Assembly (NCBI RefSeq): GCF_000011805.1
Contig: NC_006840.2
Reading direction: 5' to 3' (one strand)
Length of the DNA: 32,000 bases
From: Aliivibrio fischeri ES114
GTDB lineage: Bacteria > Pseudomonadota > Gammaproteobacteria > Enterobacterales > Vibrionaceae
This document shows, one piece after another, positions 1 through 8,663 of the stretch; position 1 is the stretch's first letter; the number at the start of each line of letters is the position of its first letter. A program made the position numbers and the translations under genes. The notes beneath the pieces are model-generated. The model ran no database searches and was not told the DNA's origin. It was given only the letters and a program-made list of their open reading frames with translations.

Positions 1-1240
1 ATACTGTTTCTGTTTCAGAGATCGATTTTTTGTTAATCATTGGGTTTAGTAATAGGTAGCTAATCGCTCCGCCTAATACAGCGTTTACAGGAACAACGCC
101 CGGTAAGAATTTACCAGCGGCAACACCAATGGCTACTGCGATAATACCTGCCCAGTTAATGGTTTGGAATGCTGCGTTATCAAAATTCATGTAGCGTTTA
201 CGGTTACTAAAGAAGTCCGCAATGATAACACCACCAATAGGTGGAATCGCTAAAGATAAGAACGTTAACCAACCTACAAAGTTATTGTATAGCCAAAGTG
301 CACAAACAGTACCAATTAGACCATTTAGCATAGAAACATATTTACTCGGTAAGCCAGTAATATTTGAAAAACCAAGCCCAGACGCGTATAGCGCATTGTC
401 GTTTGTCGTCCAAATATTTAGGCCTAATACGATAATTGCAGGTATTAATAGCCCTTGTGCAATCATCACTTCTGAAATATCAGACTGACCAGTAACAGAA
501 GCGCCAGCGGCACCAAAGATGAACATTAAAGAGTTACCGATAAAGAAAGCAATCATTGTGATAGCAACTGCACCCATTGGTTTTTTGCCAAAGCGGACGA
601 AGTCAGCTGTTAATGTTCCGGCACTTACAAAAGAACCAACAACCATGGCAAGAGCAACCGAAAAGTCCATAGGTTCTGCAGGTTGAATCTTTTGAAGCTC
701 AGCAATACCACCAATACTATCAACAGCACTAAATACTGAGAATCCACCTAAAATGGCAATCGCAGGCACTGCAACCATAGATAAAACCATTAAAGCAGAT
801 ATACCGAAGTAAACAGTGACGGTCATTAATAGACCAGAGATAACAATAAGAGCGTTGGTATCTATGCCTGTGGCTTTTTGCACTGGGATAGCAAACATTG
901 CAACACCAACACCAAACCAACCAACTTGAGTACCACCGAGAAGTAGAGAGGGAAGCCAAGAGCCTTTAGAGCCAAAAGAAAAACGAGCGAGGAGGTGAGT
1001 AGAGAGACCAGTTGAAGCGCCGATGTAACCAAGAAAAGAAGTGTAAATGCCGAGGATTAAATTACCAATAAGAACAGCGAGGAAGAAATCATTAAAAGAA
1101 AGTCCGGTCCCAAGTGAACCGCCTGTCCACATACTTGCCGAGAAAAATGTGAGTCCTAACATAACTAAAGTTAAGGAAACGACGCCTTTTCTGGCTGTCT
1201 TAGGTACTGGCCCTAAGCTGTAATCATTGTCGTGAGACAT
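1..1240 (-). CDS. codB: Cytosine permease (NCS1 family, CodB-like); C-terminal end runs off the left window edge
   Basis: Absent from the ORF track, presumably because it is open at the window edge. Hand translation of the minus strand from ATG 1240..1238 gives MSHDNDYSLGPVPKTARKGVVSLTLVMLGLTFFSASMWTGGSLGTGLSFNDF..., and the frame is still open at position 2 (...SYLLLNPMINKKSISETETV). Both ends are near-colinear with E. coli CodB as I recall it (MSQDNNFSQGPVPQSARKGV...FFSASMWTGG; ...SYLILNPILNRK). GAGGA lies 6 nt upstream of the ATG. Confidence 0.85.
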   Translation of the reverse strand, partial: MSHDNDYSLGPVPKTARKGVVSLTLVMLGLTFFSASMWTGGSLGTGLSFNDFFLAVLIGNLILGIYTSFLGYIGASTGLSTHLLARFSFGSKGSWLPSLLLGGTQVGWFGVGVAMFAIPVQKATGIDTNALIVISGLLMTVTVYFGISALMVLSMVAVPAIAILGGFSVFSAVDSIGGIAELQKIQPAEPMDFSVALAMVVGSFVSAGTLTADFVRFGKKPMGAVAITMIAFFIGNSLMFIFGAAGASVTGQSDISEVMIAQGLLIPAIIVLGLNIWTTNDNALYASGLGFSNITGLPSKYVSMLNGLIGTVCALWLYNNFVGWLTFLSLAIPPIGGVIIADFFSNRKRYMNFDNAAFQTINWAGIIAVAIGVAAGKFLPGVVPVNAVLGGAISYLLLNPMINKKSISETETV

Positions 1241-1297
1241 ATGCAATCCTCGTCTGTATTGAATGTATTTTGGTCAAGTTTTTGACAAACGGACGAG

Positions 1298-1325
1298 AGT
1301 CTAAAGAAAATTATATTATTGTCAA
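1298..1325 (-). promoter_or_regulatory. Putative sigma70 promoter for codB (-35 TTGACA, 16-nt spacer, -10 TAGACT, read on the minus strand)
   Basis: Plus-strand tgtcaa at 1320..1325 and agtcta at 1298..1303. This predicts a leader of about 50 nt to the codB ATG. Motif match only. Confidence 0.35.
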
Positions 1326-1586
1326 TAATGTAATCTTTGTTTTTGTTTTGTTTTAGATGGTTTTTTATTTATCTATCTGTATTTTAAGTGTTTATTTGCT
1401 TTGTTTTTTTAGTTATGTTTTTTTGTTAAACGGTTGCTTTGTTTCTTATTTTGCAGGAAATAGATTGTTGGATCTATTTTCTGGTTTTTATAAATAAAAG
1501 GTGGTGTGATATTTTTAATTTTGGTTATATTTGAGTTCTGAGAGTGGAAAAATCAATAGTAATCATAAAAATTATATCTTTTAGAT

Positions 1587-1618
1587 AAAACAAAAACCTC
1601 AAAGTATTACTTTTGAGG
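1587..1618 (-). terminator. Duplicated copy of the acyl-CoA ligase rho-independent terminator (copy A)
   Basis: Stem cctcaaa (1597..1603) / tttgagg (1612..1618). On the minus strand it is followed by tttttgtttt (plus-strand A-run 1587..1596). Identical to 2084..2115. Confidence 0.6.
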
Positions 1619-1681
1619 CTTTTGTCGTTTTTATTTCATTAATATCTATTTTTTGATTGTTAAGTGTGGGGTTTTATCCGA

Positions 1682-1762
1682 TTACTCCCAGATTATTTTT
1701 TTATCTTGAGGCCAGTTAGATGCAAAATCATGATACTTTTTCTCTAGTACGTGGCGTTTTAT
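1682..1762 (-). pseudogene. Duplicated 3'-terminal 81 nt (26 codons plus stop) of the acyl-CoA ligase gene; an orphan gene fragment created by the tandem duplication
   Basis: Identical to 2179..2259. It encodes ...IKRHVLEKKYHDFASNWPQDKKIIWE* in the ligase frame, with no in-frame start codon inside the fragment. Confidence 0.85.
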
Positions 1763-2083
1763 GTATTTTGGTCAAGTTTTTGACAAACGGACGAGAGTCT
1801 AAAGAAAATATATTATTGTCAATAATGTAATCTTTGTTTTTGTTTTGTTTTAGATGGTTTTTTATTTATCTATCTGTATTTTAAGTGTTTATTTGCTTTG
1901 TTTTTTTAGTTATGTTTTTTTGTTAAACGGTTGCTTTGTTTCTTATTTTGCAGGAAATAGATTGTTGGATCTATTTTCTGGTTTTTATAAATAAAAGGTG
2001 GTGTGATATTTTTAATTTTGGTTATATTTGAGTTCTGAGAGTGGAAAAATCAATAGTAATCATAAAAATTATATCTTTTAGAT

Positions 2084-2115
2084 AAAACAAAAACCTCAAA
2101 GTATTACTTTTGAGG
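2084..2115 (-). terminator. Rho-independent terminator of the acyl-CoA ligase gene (copy B)
   Basis: The hairpin cctcaaa/tttgagg (2094..2100 / 2109..2115) lies about 60 nt past the stop at 2179..2181 and is followed on the minus strand by a T-run. Confidence 0.65.
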
Positions 2116-2178
2116 CTTTTGTCGTTTTTATTTCATTAATATCTATTTTTTGATTGTTAAGTGTGGGGTTTTATCCGA

Positions 2179-3855
2179 TTACTCCCAGATTATTTTTTTA
2201 TCTTGAGGCCAGTTAGATGCAAAATCATGATACTTTTTCTCTAGTACGTGGCGTTTTATCTTTAAAGTTGGCGTTAAAATGCCATTTTCAATGCTCCAAG
2301 GCTCTTTTATCATTAAGATACCTTTTAGCTTTTCATGTGACTCTAAACCATCATTAATTGTCTCAAGGTTTTTAAGAGCGGTTCTTTCATAACGAGCTTG
2401 ATCAAAATTAGGGTAAGCATGAGGTACTGCTAATAAAATAGGTCCTGGTAGACCTGAGCCTATTAAACACATCATTTCAAGATTGCTTAAATCAAAGATG
2501 TGTTTTTCGATCGGGACAGGAGCTACGAATTTTCCTTTGGCAGTTTTGAACGTGTCTTTTTTCCTGCCTTGAATAGTTAAAAATCCCTCTGAATCAATAG
2601 ATCCAATATCACCTGTGTGGAGCCATCCATCTTTATTAAAAGTTTCCGCAGTTGCTTCATCATTTTTATAATAACCAGCAAAGAGACTGTCTCCTCTAAC
2701 TAAAATTTCTTCATCGTCTGCAATTTTTAATTCAACACCAGGCCCAGCAGCGCCGACACTGCCGACTTTATCTGAACGGTATGGATGATTCAGTGTGCTA
2801 TAGGCAAACGTCTCTGTCATTCCCCATGCTTCGGTAATGTTTAGACCTATACTTTCATACCATTTTAATAAACTTGCAGAAACAGGAGCCGAACCACAGC
2901 CTAGTACACGTGCTTTATCAAGTCCTAAGCCATCAGCTAACTTACGTTTTATTAATCCACTAACGAATGGAATTTTTAATAAAATAGCTAATTTCTTTTG
3001 TGGCAGTTTATCTTGAATTCGTTGTTGGAAAACCGTCCATAATCGTGGAACCGAAATAAATAAAGTAGGGCGATGCATTTTTACATCTTCAATAAAAGTA
3101 TCTAAAGATTCGGGGAAGGCGGTTTGGATCCCTCCAAAGAAAGCTGAACCTAAAATATAAACTCGCTCAGTGATGTGAGCTAAAGGAAGGTAAGAAAAGA
3201 GCCTGTCATCTTGTTGCATACCAATGTGATTAATTAAATGCTTAGATGCGTGACTAAATCCTCCAAAAGTGAGCATTGCCCCTTTTGGTAAACCAGACGT
3301 TCCTGAGGTATACACTATAGACATTAATGTATTGTCATTATGTTCGGCTTTAAAGCTTGAAGGGTTATGAGTTGTCAATAACACTTCAAATTGATATTGG
3401 CACTTGGCTGCAGAGTCATAGTCAAAAGCGATAGTTAATATATCGGGTAAGTTAGTGATTGCCTGTTGTGTTGCTTCACTATTATCAAGTTTACCTACAA
3501 TAAGTACCTTACTTTCACTGTGTGTTAAACAATGCTCTATAGTGTCGAGCCCTGCTGTTGGAAAAATAGGAACACTCACAAAATCCCCTAACATTAAGGC
3601 CAGATCAGTGATAAACCATTCGGCACAGTTTTTAGAGATTAGTGCGACTCTGTCTTTTGGTTTAATGCCCATCTCTTGCAGTGCGCTCACAAGACGCAAT
3701 GCCTTATCAACAACATCAGCAAAAGAATAGTCTGTAAATTCTCTGTTTTTTATTTGACGAAGAAATAGATCATGTGGCTTTTTCTCTGCCCATTCGAGCA
3801 TCGCCTCATGAGGGAGTTGAGGGTTGGTTTTGTGGTCAAAAAATGGCTGATTCAT
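2179..3855 (-). CDS. AMP-dependent acyl-CoA synthetase/ligase (long-chain fatty-acid--CoA ligase-like)
   Basis: 558-aa ORF with the AMP-binding signature YTSGTSGLPKG, plus WLHTGDIG and GRKKDTFKTAKGKFVAP, motifs typical of the adenylate-forming (ANL) superfamily. Confidence 0.85.
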   Translation of the reverse strand: MNQPFFDHKTNPQLPHEAMLEWAEKKPHDLFLRQIKNREFTDYSFADVVDKALRLVSALQEMGIKPKDRVALISKNCAEWFITDLALMLGDFVSVPIFPTAGLDTIEHCLTHSESKVLIVGKLDNSEATQQAITNLPDILTIAFDYDSAAKCQYQFEVLLTTHNPSSFKAEHNDNTLMSIVYTSGTSGLPKGAMLTFGGFSHASKHLINHIGMQQDDRLFSYLPLAHITERVYILGSAFFGGIQTAFPESLDTFIEDVKMHRPTLFISVPRLWTVFQQRIQDKLPQKKLAILLKIPFVSGLIKRKLADGLGLDKARVLGCGSAPVSASLLKWYESIGLNITEAWGMTETFAYSTLNHPYRSDKVGSVGAAGPGVELKIADDEEILVRGDSLFAGYYKNDEATAETFNKDGWLHTGDIGSIDSEGFLTIQGRKKDTFKTAKGKFVAPVPIEKHIFDLSNLEMMCLIGSGLPGPILLAVPHAYPNFDQARYERTALKNLETINDGLESHEKLKGILMIKEPWSIENGILTPTLKIKRHVLEKKYHDFASNWPQDKKIIWE

Positions 3856-3995
3856 GGCTGCATCCTGCGATTATTATTATTTGTTGTTAATATAATGTTA
3901 AGTAAATATCGTTTTATTAGATCAGTCAAATTTTAATCAAAATAATGAGAACTTTATAAATGAGTATTTACACTAAAGTTCGATGATTGATAGGT

Positions 3996-4026
3996 ATAAA
4001 AAAGCCTGCATATAAAAAGCAGGCTT
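3996..4026 (-). terminator. Rho-independent terminator downstream of mutS
   Basis: Stem agcctgc (4003..4009) / gcaggct (4019..4025), with a minus-strand T-run from the plus-strand A-run just upstream. It lies about 40 nt past the mutS stop. Confidence 0.65.
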
Positions 4027-4064
4027 ATTTGAATAGAATATTTTTTCTAGAGCTGGGAGGGAAT

Positions 4065-6629
4065 TTATAAAAGCGCTTTTAAACGATATAACTCTTCAAG
4101 TGCTTGGCGAGGTGTTAAGTCATCCGGATTAACATGCGCTAATGCTTCTTCAACTTCACTGATTTCAGGAATAAGAGAGAGCTGATGCTCTTCTTTTACC
4201 GTTGTGCTTGTTGCAGGAACAGGTACTTGTCCACTTTCTAAATGTTGTAATTTTTGTTTCGCTTTCTTAATGACACTTTTAGGTACACCAGCTAAAGAAG
4301 CAACAGCAAGGCCATAAGATTTATTTGCTGCACCTTCTTGAACCGCGTGCATAAAGGCAATTTCATCACCATGCTCAACAGCATCAAGATGCACATTAGC
4401 TAAACCGGTAAATAGATTCGGCAGTTCGGTTAATTCGAAGTAATGAGTTGCAAATAATGTCATAGCATTAATTTTTGTTGCTAGCCATTCAGCACTTGCC
4501 CAAGCTAGAGACAAGCCATCATAAGTACTTGTACCTCGGCCAATTTCATCCATTAAGACAAGACTGTGTTTGGTTGCATTATGAAGAATATTTGCTGTTT
4601 CAGTCATTTCAACCATGAAAGTTGAACGACCTGATGCCAAATCATCTGAGGCACCAATACGAGTAAATATACGGTCTAAGGTTCCAATTTCTGCTGAGTC
4701 AGCAGGAACATAACAACCAACATGTGCCATTAATGCAATGAGGGCCGTTTGACGCATATAAGTTGACTTACCACCCATGTTTGGACCTGTAATGATCAAC
4801 ATCTTACGGTCTGGATTCAGTTTTATTGGGTTAGCGATGAATGGGTCACTCATTACTTGTTCAACTACTGGGTGACGTCCCCCTTCAATATTAATACCGG
4901 TTTCTTTGGTTAGTACTGGTCGGCAGTAATTTAAGGTATCCGCTCGTTCCGCAAGATTACTTAATACATCAAGCTCTGAAATTGCATTCGCCATTGATTG
5001 TAACTGTTCTAGGTGAGGAAGCAGTTGATCAAATAATTCTTCCCATAATCTCTTTTCAATGGCGAGCGCTTTTGACTTTGAGTTAAGCACTTTATCTTCG
5101 TGCTCTTTAAGTTCAGGGATAATATAACGCTCTGCATTTTTAAGTGTTTGGCGGCGTACATAGTGAGCAGGTGCTTTATGGCTTTGGCCTTTGCTTATTT
5201 GGATATAGAAACCGTGTACGTTGTTATAACCCACCTTTAAGGTATCAATATCATGGCGCTCACGTTCTTCTTGTTCTAGTTTCTCTAAGTATTGCGTTGC
5301 ACCATTAGCAAGATCGCGCCATTGATCTAACTCTTCGTTGTAACCATCAGCTAAAACCCCACCATCACGAATAACAACGGGTGGGTTTTCTTTTATTGCT
5401 CGTTCTAATAGCTCGCAAATTGAGTCAATAGGTTGAGCTGATGCTGCAAGTGTTAATAGGTGATCTTGTTGAAATTCTTGAGTGGTTTGCGATAGTTCTG
5501 GTAATTGTTGCAGTGCATTACGCAAACGAGCGAGATCACGTGGTCTTGCTGAGCGTAACGCTAGACGAGCAAGAATACGTTCTACATCACCAATATTTTT
5601 AAGTTGAGGAGCCATATCTGCAAATAGGCCGCTTTCTTTTAGTTCACCAATCGCATCAAGACGTTGGTTTAGTACGTCGTGAGTTCTTACTGGTTGATGT
5701 AGCCAGCGTTTTAGTAAACGGCTGCCCATAGCTGTTGATGTGTGATCTAAGATTTCTGCTAAAGTATGGTTAAAACCACCTGCGAGGTTCTGAGTGATTT
5801 CTAGATTCCGGCGAGTTGCTGCATCTAAAATTACAGAGTCATCTTGATGATCCATAATAATAGAACGAATGTGCGGAAGGGTGGTTCTTTGAGTATCTTT
5901 TACGTATTGAATCAAGCAGCCAGCAGCGCAAAGACCAAACTCAGCTTTTTCTACGCCAAAGCCAACTAAATCACGAGTACCAAATTGATTGTTCAGTTGT
6001 TGTTTTGCGGTATCAAGTTCAAATTCCCATACTGGGCGACGGCGATTGCCATTGCGTTTTTCAAGAAGATGAACAGGTTCAAAGTCTTCACTAAATAGCA
6101 GTTCTGTTGGTGCCGTGCGTTGTAACTCAGCCAACATAGCTTCTTCAGTATTTGGTTCAGATACCTTGAATCGACCTGATGTGATATCTAGCGTAGCGTA
6201 ACCAAATTGACCTTTATGATGATAAATAGCGGCGATAAGGTTATCGAACCTTTCTGGTAATAGAGCTTCATCTGTTACGGTGCCTGGCGTGACAATACGC
6301 ACGACTTTACGTTCAACGGGCCCTTTACTTGTTGCAGGATCGCCAACTTGTTCACAAATAGCGACAGATTCACCTTGTTGAACAAGTTTGGCTAAATAGC
6401 CTTCAACTGCATGATAAGGAATACCTGCCATTGGAATTGGTTCGCCAGCAGATGAACCACGCTTGGTTAAGGATATTTCAAGAAGCTGTGAAGCACGTTT
6501 GGCATCATCATAGAAAAGTTCATAGAAATCGCCCATACGATAAAACAGTAAGATATCAGGGTTTTCAGATTTTAAACGCAAATACTGTTGCATCATTGGG
6601 GTATGTTTTTCAGTTGATTTTATTGCCAC
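4065..6629 (-). CDS. mutS: DNA mismatch repair protein MutS
   Basis: Colinear with E. coli MutS from [12 protein letters not shown]...[11 protein letters not shown] through the Walker A motif GPNMGGKST to the C-terminus. The track ORF (929 aa, start 6854) over-extends by 75 codons and overlaps the divergent pncC. A GTG at 6629..6627 gives [17 protein letters not shown]... and 854 aa, close to my recollection of about 853 aa for E. coli. Confidence 0.93.
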   Translation of the reverse strand: MAIKSTEKHTPMMQQYLRLKSENPDILLFYRMGDFYELFYDDAKRASQLLEISLTKRGSSAGEPIPMAGIPYHAVEGYLAKLVQQGESVAICEQVGDPATSKGPVERKVVRIVTPGTVTDEALLPERFDNLIAAIYHHKGQFGYATLDITSGRFKVSEPNTEEAMLAELQRTAPTELLFSEDFEPVHLLEKRNGNRRRPVWEFELDTAKQQLNNQFGTRDLVGFGVEKAEFGLCAAGCLIQYVKDTQRTTLPHIRSIIMDHQDDSVILDAATRRNLEITQNLAGGFNHTLAEILDHTSTAMGSRLLKRWLHQPVRTHDVLNQRLDAIGELKESGLFADMAPQLKNIGDVERILARLALRSARPRDLARLRNALQQLPELSQTTQEFQQDHLLTLAASAQPIDSICELLERAIKENPPVVIRDGGVLADGYNEELDQWRDLANGATQYLEKLEQEERERHDIDTLKVGYNNVHGFYIQISKGQSHKAPAHYVRRQTLKNAERYIIPELKEHEDKVLNSKSKALAIEKRLWEELFDQLLPHLEQLQSMANAISELDVLSNLAERADTLNYCRPVLTKETGINIEGGRHPVVEQVMSDPFIANPIKLNPDRKMLIITGPNMGGKSTYMRQTALIALMAHVGCYVPADSAEIGTLDRIFTRIGASDDLASGRSTFMVEMTETANILHNATKHSLVLMDEIGRGTSTYDGLSLAWASAEWLATKINAMTLFATHYFELTELPNLFTGLANVHLDAVEHGDEIAFMHAVQEGAANKSYGLAVASLAGVPKSVIKKAKQKLQHLESGQVPVPATSTTVKEEHQLSLIPEISEVEEALAHVNPDDLTPRQALEELYRLKALL

Positions 6630-6736
6630 AACGAGACCTAATAAGTGAAGAATACATTTGGTGCTAAGAATACGTGAATCGAGACGGCAATCAAAGATAG
6701 AATAGATAAATTTCGAATTAAGATGGGAAGAATCTA

Positions 6737-7234
6737 ATGGATATGACGCAAAACATACAGTTAGCACAAAAAGTGGGTGAATTATTAGTACATCAAGAAA
6801 AAATGATGTCATGTTCAGAATCATGTACCGGTGGTGGCGTTGCGTTTTGTGCAACTGAAAATGCTGGAAGTTCAGCTTGGTTTGACCGTGGTTTTGTTAC
6901 TTATAGCAATGAGGCAAAACAAGATTCATTAGGGGTAAAACTAGATACCTTAATACGTTATGGCGCGGTTAGTGAAGAAGTTGTAAGAGAGATGGCTGAC
7001 GGTGCATTATTAAACAGTAAATCTGATATTACGGTTTCAATCAGCGGTATTGCAGGGCCCGGTGGAGCAACGGAAGATAAGCCTGTTGGAACGGTATGTT
7101 TTGGTTTTGCAGATAAGAATGAGTGGAGCAATGAAACTACTGTATATTTTACTGGTGATCGCAGTGAAGTTAGAATGAAAGCGATAGAATATGCATTTCT
7201 TACAATCAAGAATCGCTTAGAAGAGCTTAATTAA
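6737..7234 (+). CDS. pncC: Nicotinamide-nucleotide amidohydrolase PncC (CinA C-terminal domain family, YgaD)
   Basis: The 165-aa ORF carries ESCTGG...[19 protein letters not shown]...[10 protein letters not shown]...KPVGTV, colinear with E. coli PncC/YgaD. Its position immediately upstream of recA matches E. coli. Confidence 0.85.
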   Translation: MDMTQNIQLAQKVGELLVHQEKMMSCSESCTGGGVAFCATENAGSSAWFDRGFVTYSNEAKQDSLGVKLDTLIRYGAVSEEVVREMADGALLNSKSDITVSISGIAGPGGATEDKPVGTVCFGFADKNEWSNETTVYFTGDRSEVRMKAIEYAFLTIKNRLEELN

Positions 7235-7305
7235 TTCAATTAGTTAGTTTGTTGTGTCGTGATATTGCTCAGAAAAAATTAGAAAAAAAATAGCAAAGCT
7301 ATAGA

Positions 7306-7325
7306 CACTGTACAAATAGACAGTA
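7306..7325. promoter_or_regulatory. LexA (SOS) box upstream of recA
   Basis: The sequence cactgtacaaatagacagta contains CTGT (7308..7311), N8, ACAG (7320..7323), matching the gammaproteobacterial consensus CTGT-N8-ACAG. It sits about 50 nt upstream of the recA ATG. Confidence 0.8.
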
Positions 7326-7374
7326 TACTACTGGTCATTAACTGATTTAGTGATCTAGAAATCTGGAGAATCAA

Positions 7375-8421
7375 ATGGACGATAACAAGAAAAAAGCACT
7401 GGCCGCCGCATTAGGTCAAATTGAAAAACAATTTGGTAAAGGTTCAATCATGAAGTTGGGCGATAACCGCACAATGGATGTTGAAACTGTGTCTACTGGT
7501 TCTTTATCTCTTGATATTGCTCTAGGTGCTGGTGGTTTACCAATGGGTCGTATCGTTGAGATTTTTGGCCCTGAGAGTTCAGGTAAAACAACACTGACTC
7601 TAGAATTAATTGCAGCTGCGCAACGTGAAGGTAAAACATGTGCCTTTATTGATGCTGAACATGCTCTAGATCCTGTATACGCTAAAAAACTTGGCGTTAA
7701 TATTGATGAATTATTAGTTTCTCAGCCAGATACGGGTGAGCAAGCTTTAGAAATCTGTGATGCGTTAGCACGTTCTGGTGCTGTTGATGTAATGGTAATT
7801 GACTCCGTTGCAGCATTAACACCAAAAGCTGAAATTGAAGGTGAAATGGGCGATAGCCACATGGGTCTTCAAGCTCGTATGCTTTCTCAAGCAATGCGTA
7901 AATTAACGGGTAACCTAAAGCAGTCAAACTGTATGGCTATCTTCATTAACCAAATTCGTATGAAGATTGGTGTAATGTTTGGTAACCCTGAAACAACAAC
8001 TGGTGGTAATGCACTTAAGTTCTATGCATCTGTTCGTCTTGACATTCGTCGTACTGGCGCAGTAAAAGATGGCGATGAAGTTGTTGGTAACGAAACTCGT
8101 ATCAAAGTCGTTAAGAATAAAATTGCAGCACCATTTAAACAAGCTGAAACTCAAATCATGTACGGCCAAGGTTTTAACCGTGAAGGTGAGTTAATTGACT
8201 TAGGTGTTAAACATAAGTTGGTTGATAAAGCGGGCGCATGGTACAGCTACAATGGTGATAAGATTGGTCAAGGTAAAGCGAACGCATCGAAATTCATGCG
8301 TGAAAATACTGAAGTAGCAGCAGAACTAGATAAGAAGCTACGTGAGATGCTATTGACTCCAGCAGAAGAAAAGCCAGAGACTGATGCTGCTCCTGAAATT
8401 GAAGAAAACGAAGAGTTTTAA
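7375..8421 (+). CDS. recA: Recombinase RecA
   Basis: 348 aa, with Walker [10 protein letters not shown] and canonical RecA sequence throughout ([15 protein letters not shown]..., [37 protein letters not shown]). Confidence 0.98.
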   Translation: MDDNKKKALAAALGQIEKQFGKGSIMKLGDNRTMDVETVSTGSLSLDIALGAGGLPMGRIVEIFGPESSGKTTLTLELIAAAQREGKTCAFIDAEHALDPVYAKKLGVNIDELLVSQPDTGEQALEICDALARSGAVDVMVIDSVAALTPKAEIEGEMGDSHMGLQARMLSQAMRKLTGNLKQSNCMAIFINQIRMKIGVMFGNPETTTGGNALKFYASVRLDIRRTGAVKDGDEVVGNETRIKVVKNKIAAPFKQAETQIMYGQGFNREGELIDLGVKHKLVDKAGAWYSYNGDKIGQGKANASKFMRENTEVAAELDKKLREMLLTPAEEKPETDAAPEIEENEEF

Positions 8422-8450
8422 GCTTTAGTTTCTCTATAATATTTTTTAAA

Positions 8451-8478
8451 AGCCAAACCTTAGTGTTTGGCTTTTTTA
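8451..8478 (+). terminator. Rho-independent terminator after recA
   Basis: The hairpin agccaaac...gtttggct is followed by tttttt. Confidence 0.7.
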
Positions 8479-8663
8479 TATCTAGCTATTTGTATTCTTA
8501 AGACGTTTCTTCAAATCCCTCTTTATTCCTCATTTGATCGTTGTACTTATCTATATTTCACTCTCATTTGCGTATACAATGTGCGAAATTCTGTCTAAAA
8601 AACACTGCTTGTCCTAATGAGTACAAGAGTGAGTTAAACTACGATTCAATCAGGAATATCCAC

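Larger units (their letters stand above)
1263..2259. repeat. Two-copy head-to-tail direct duplication, unit about 497-498 bp (copy A 1263..1762, copy B 1761..2259, sharing the dinucleotide AT at the junction)
   Basis: Base-by-base reading of both copies shows them identical except for one extra T in copy A (aaaattatatt at 1307..1317 versus aaaatatatt at 1805..1814). The offset is 498 before the indel and 497 after it. Confidence 0.95.

Noticed and set aside
1331-1600. A very T-rich intergenic stretch of about 270 nt (A-rich on the codB strand), present twice, considered as a riboswitch, sRNA or phase-variable simple-sequence tract.
   Set aside because: I can find no conserved riboswitch core, no convincing stable structure other than the terminator, no true short tandem repeat, and no ORF with an RBS. 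It is probably just a curved, AT-rich upstream regulatory region.
6630-6854. A 75-codon N-terminal extension of mutS in the ORF track (929 aa), beginning [14 protein letters not shown]....
   Set aside because: The extension has no counterpart in MutS proteins I know and overlaps the divergent pncC coding region. A GTG at 6629 restores a normal MutS of about 854 aa.
8541-8663. 5' extensions of track ORFs: alaS (8541..8663), yqaA (18168..18236), rimM (28775..28795) and the lipoprotein (23291..23293).
   Set aside because: Homolog N-termini align to downstream start codons that have better Shine-Dalgarno context. The yqaA extension runs through the oadB terminator hairpin.
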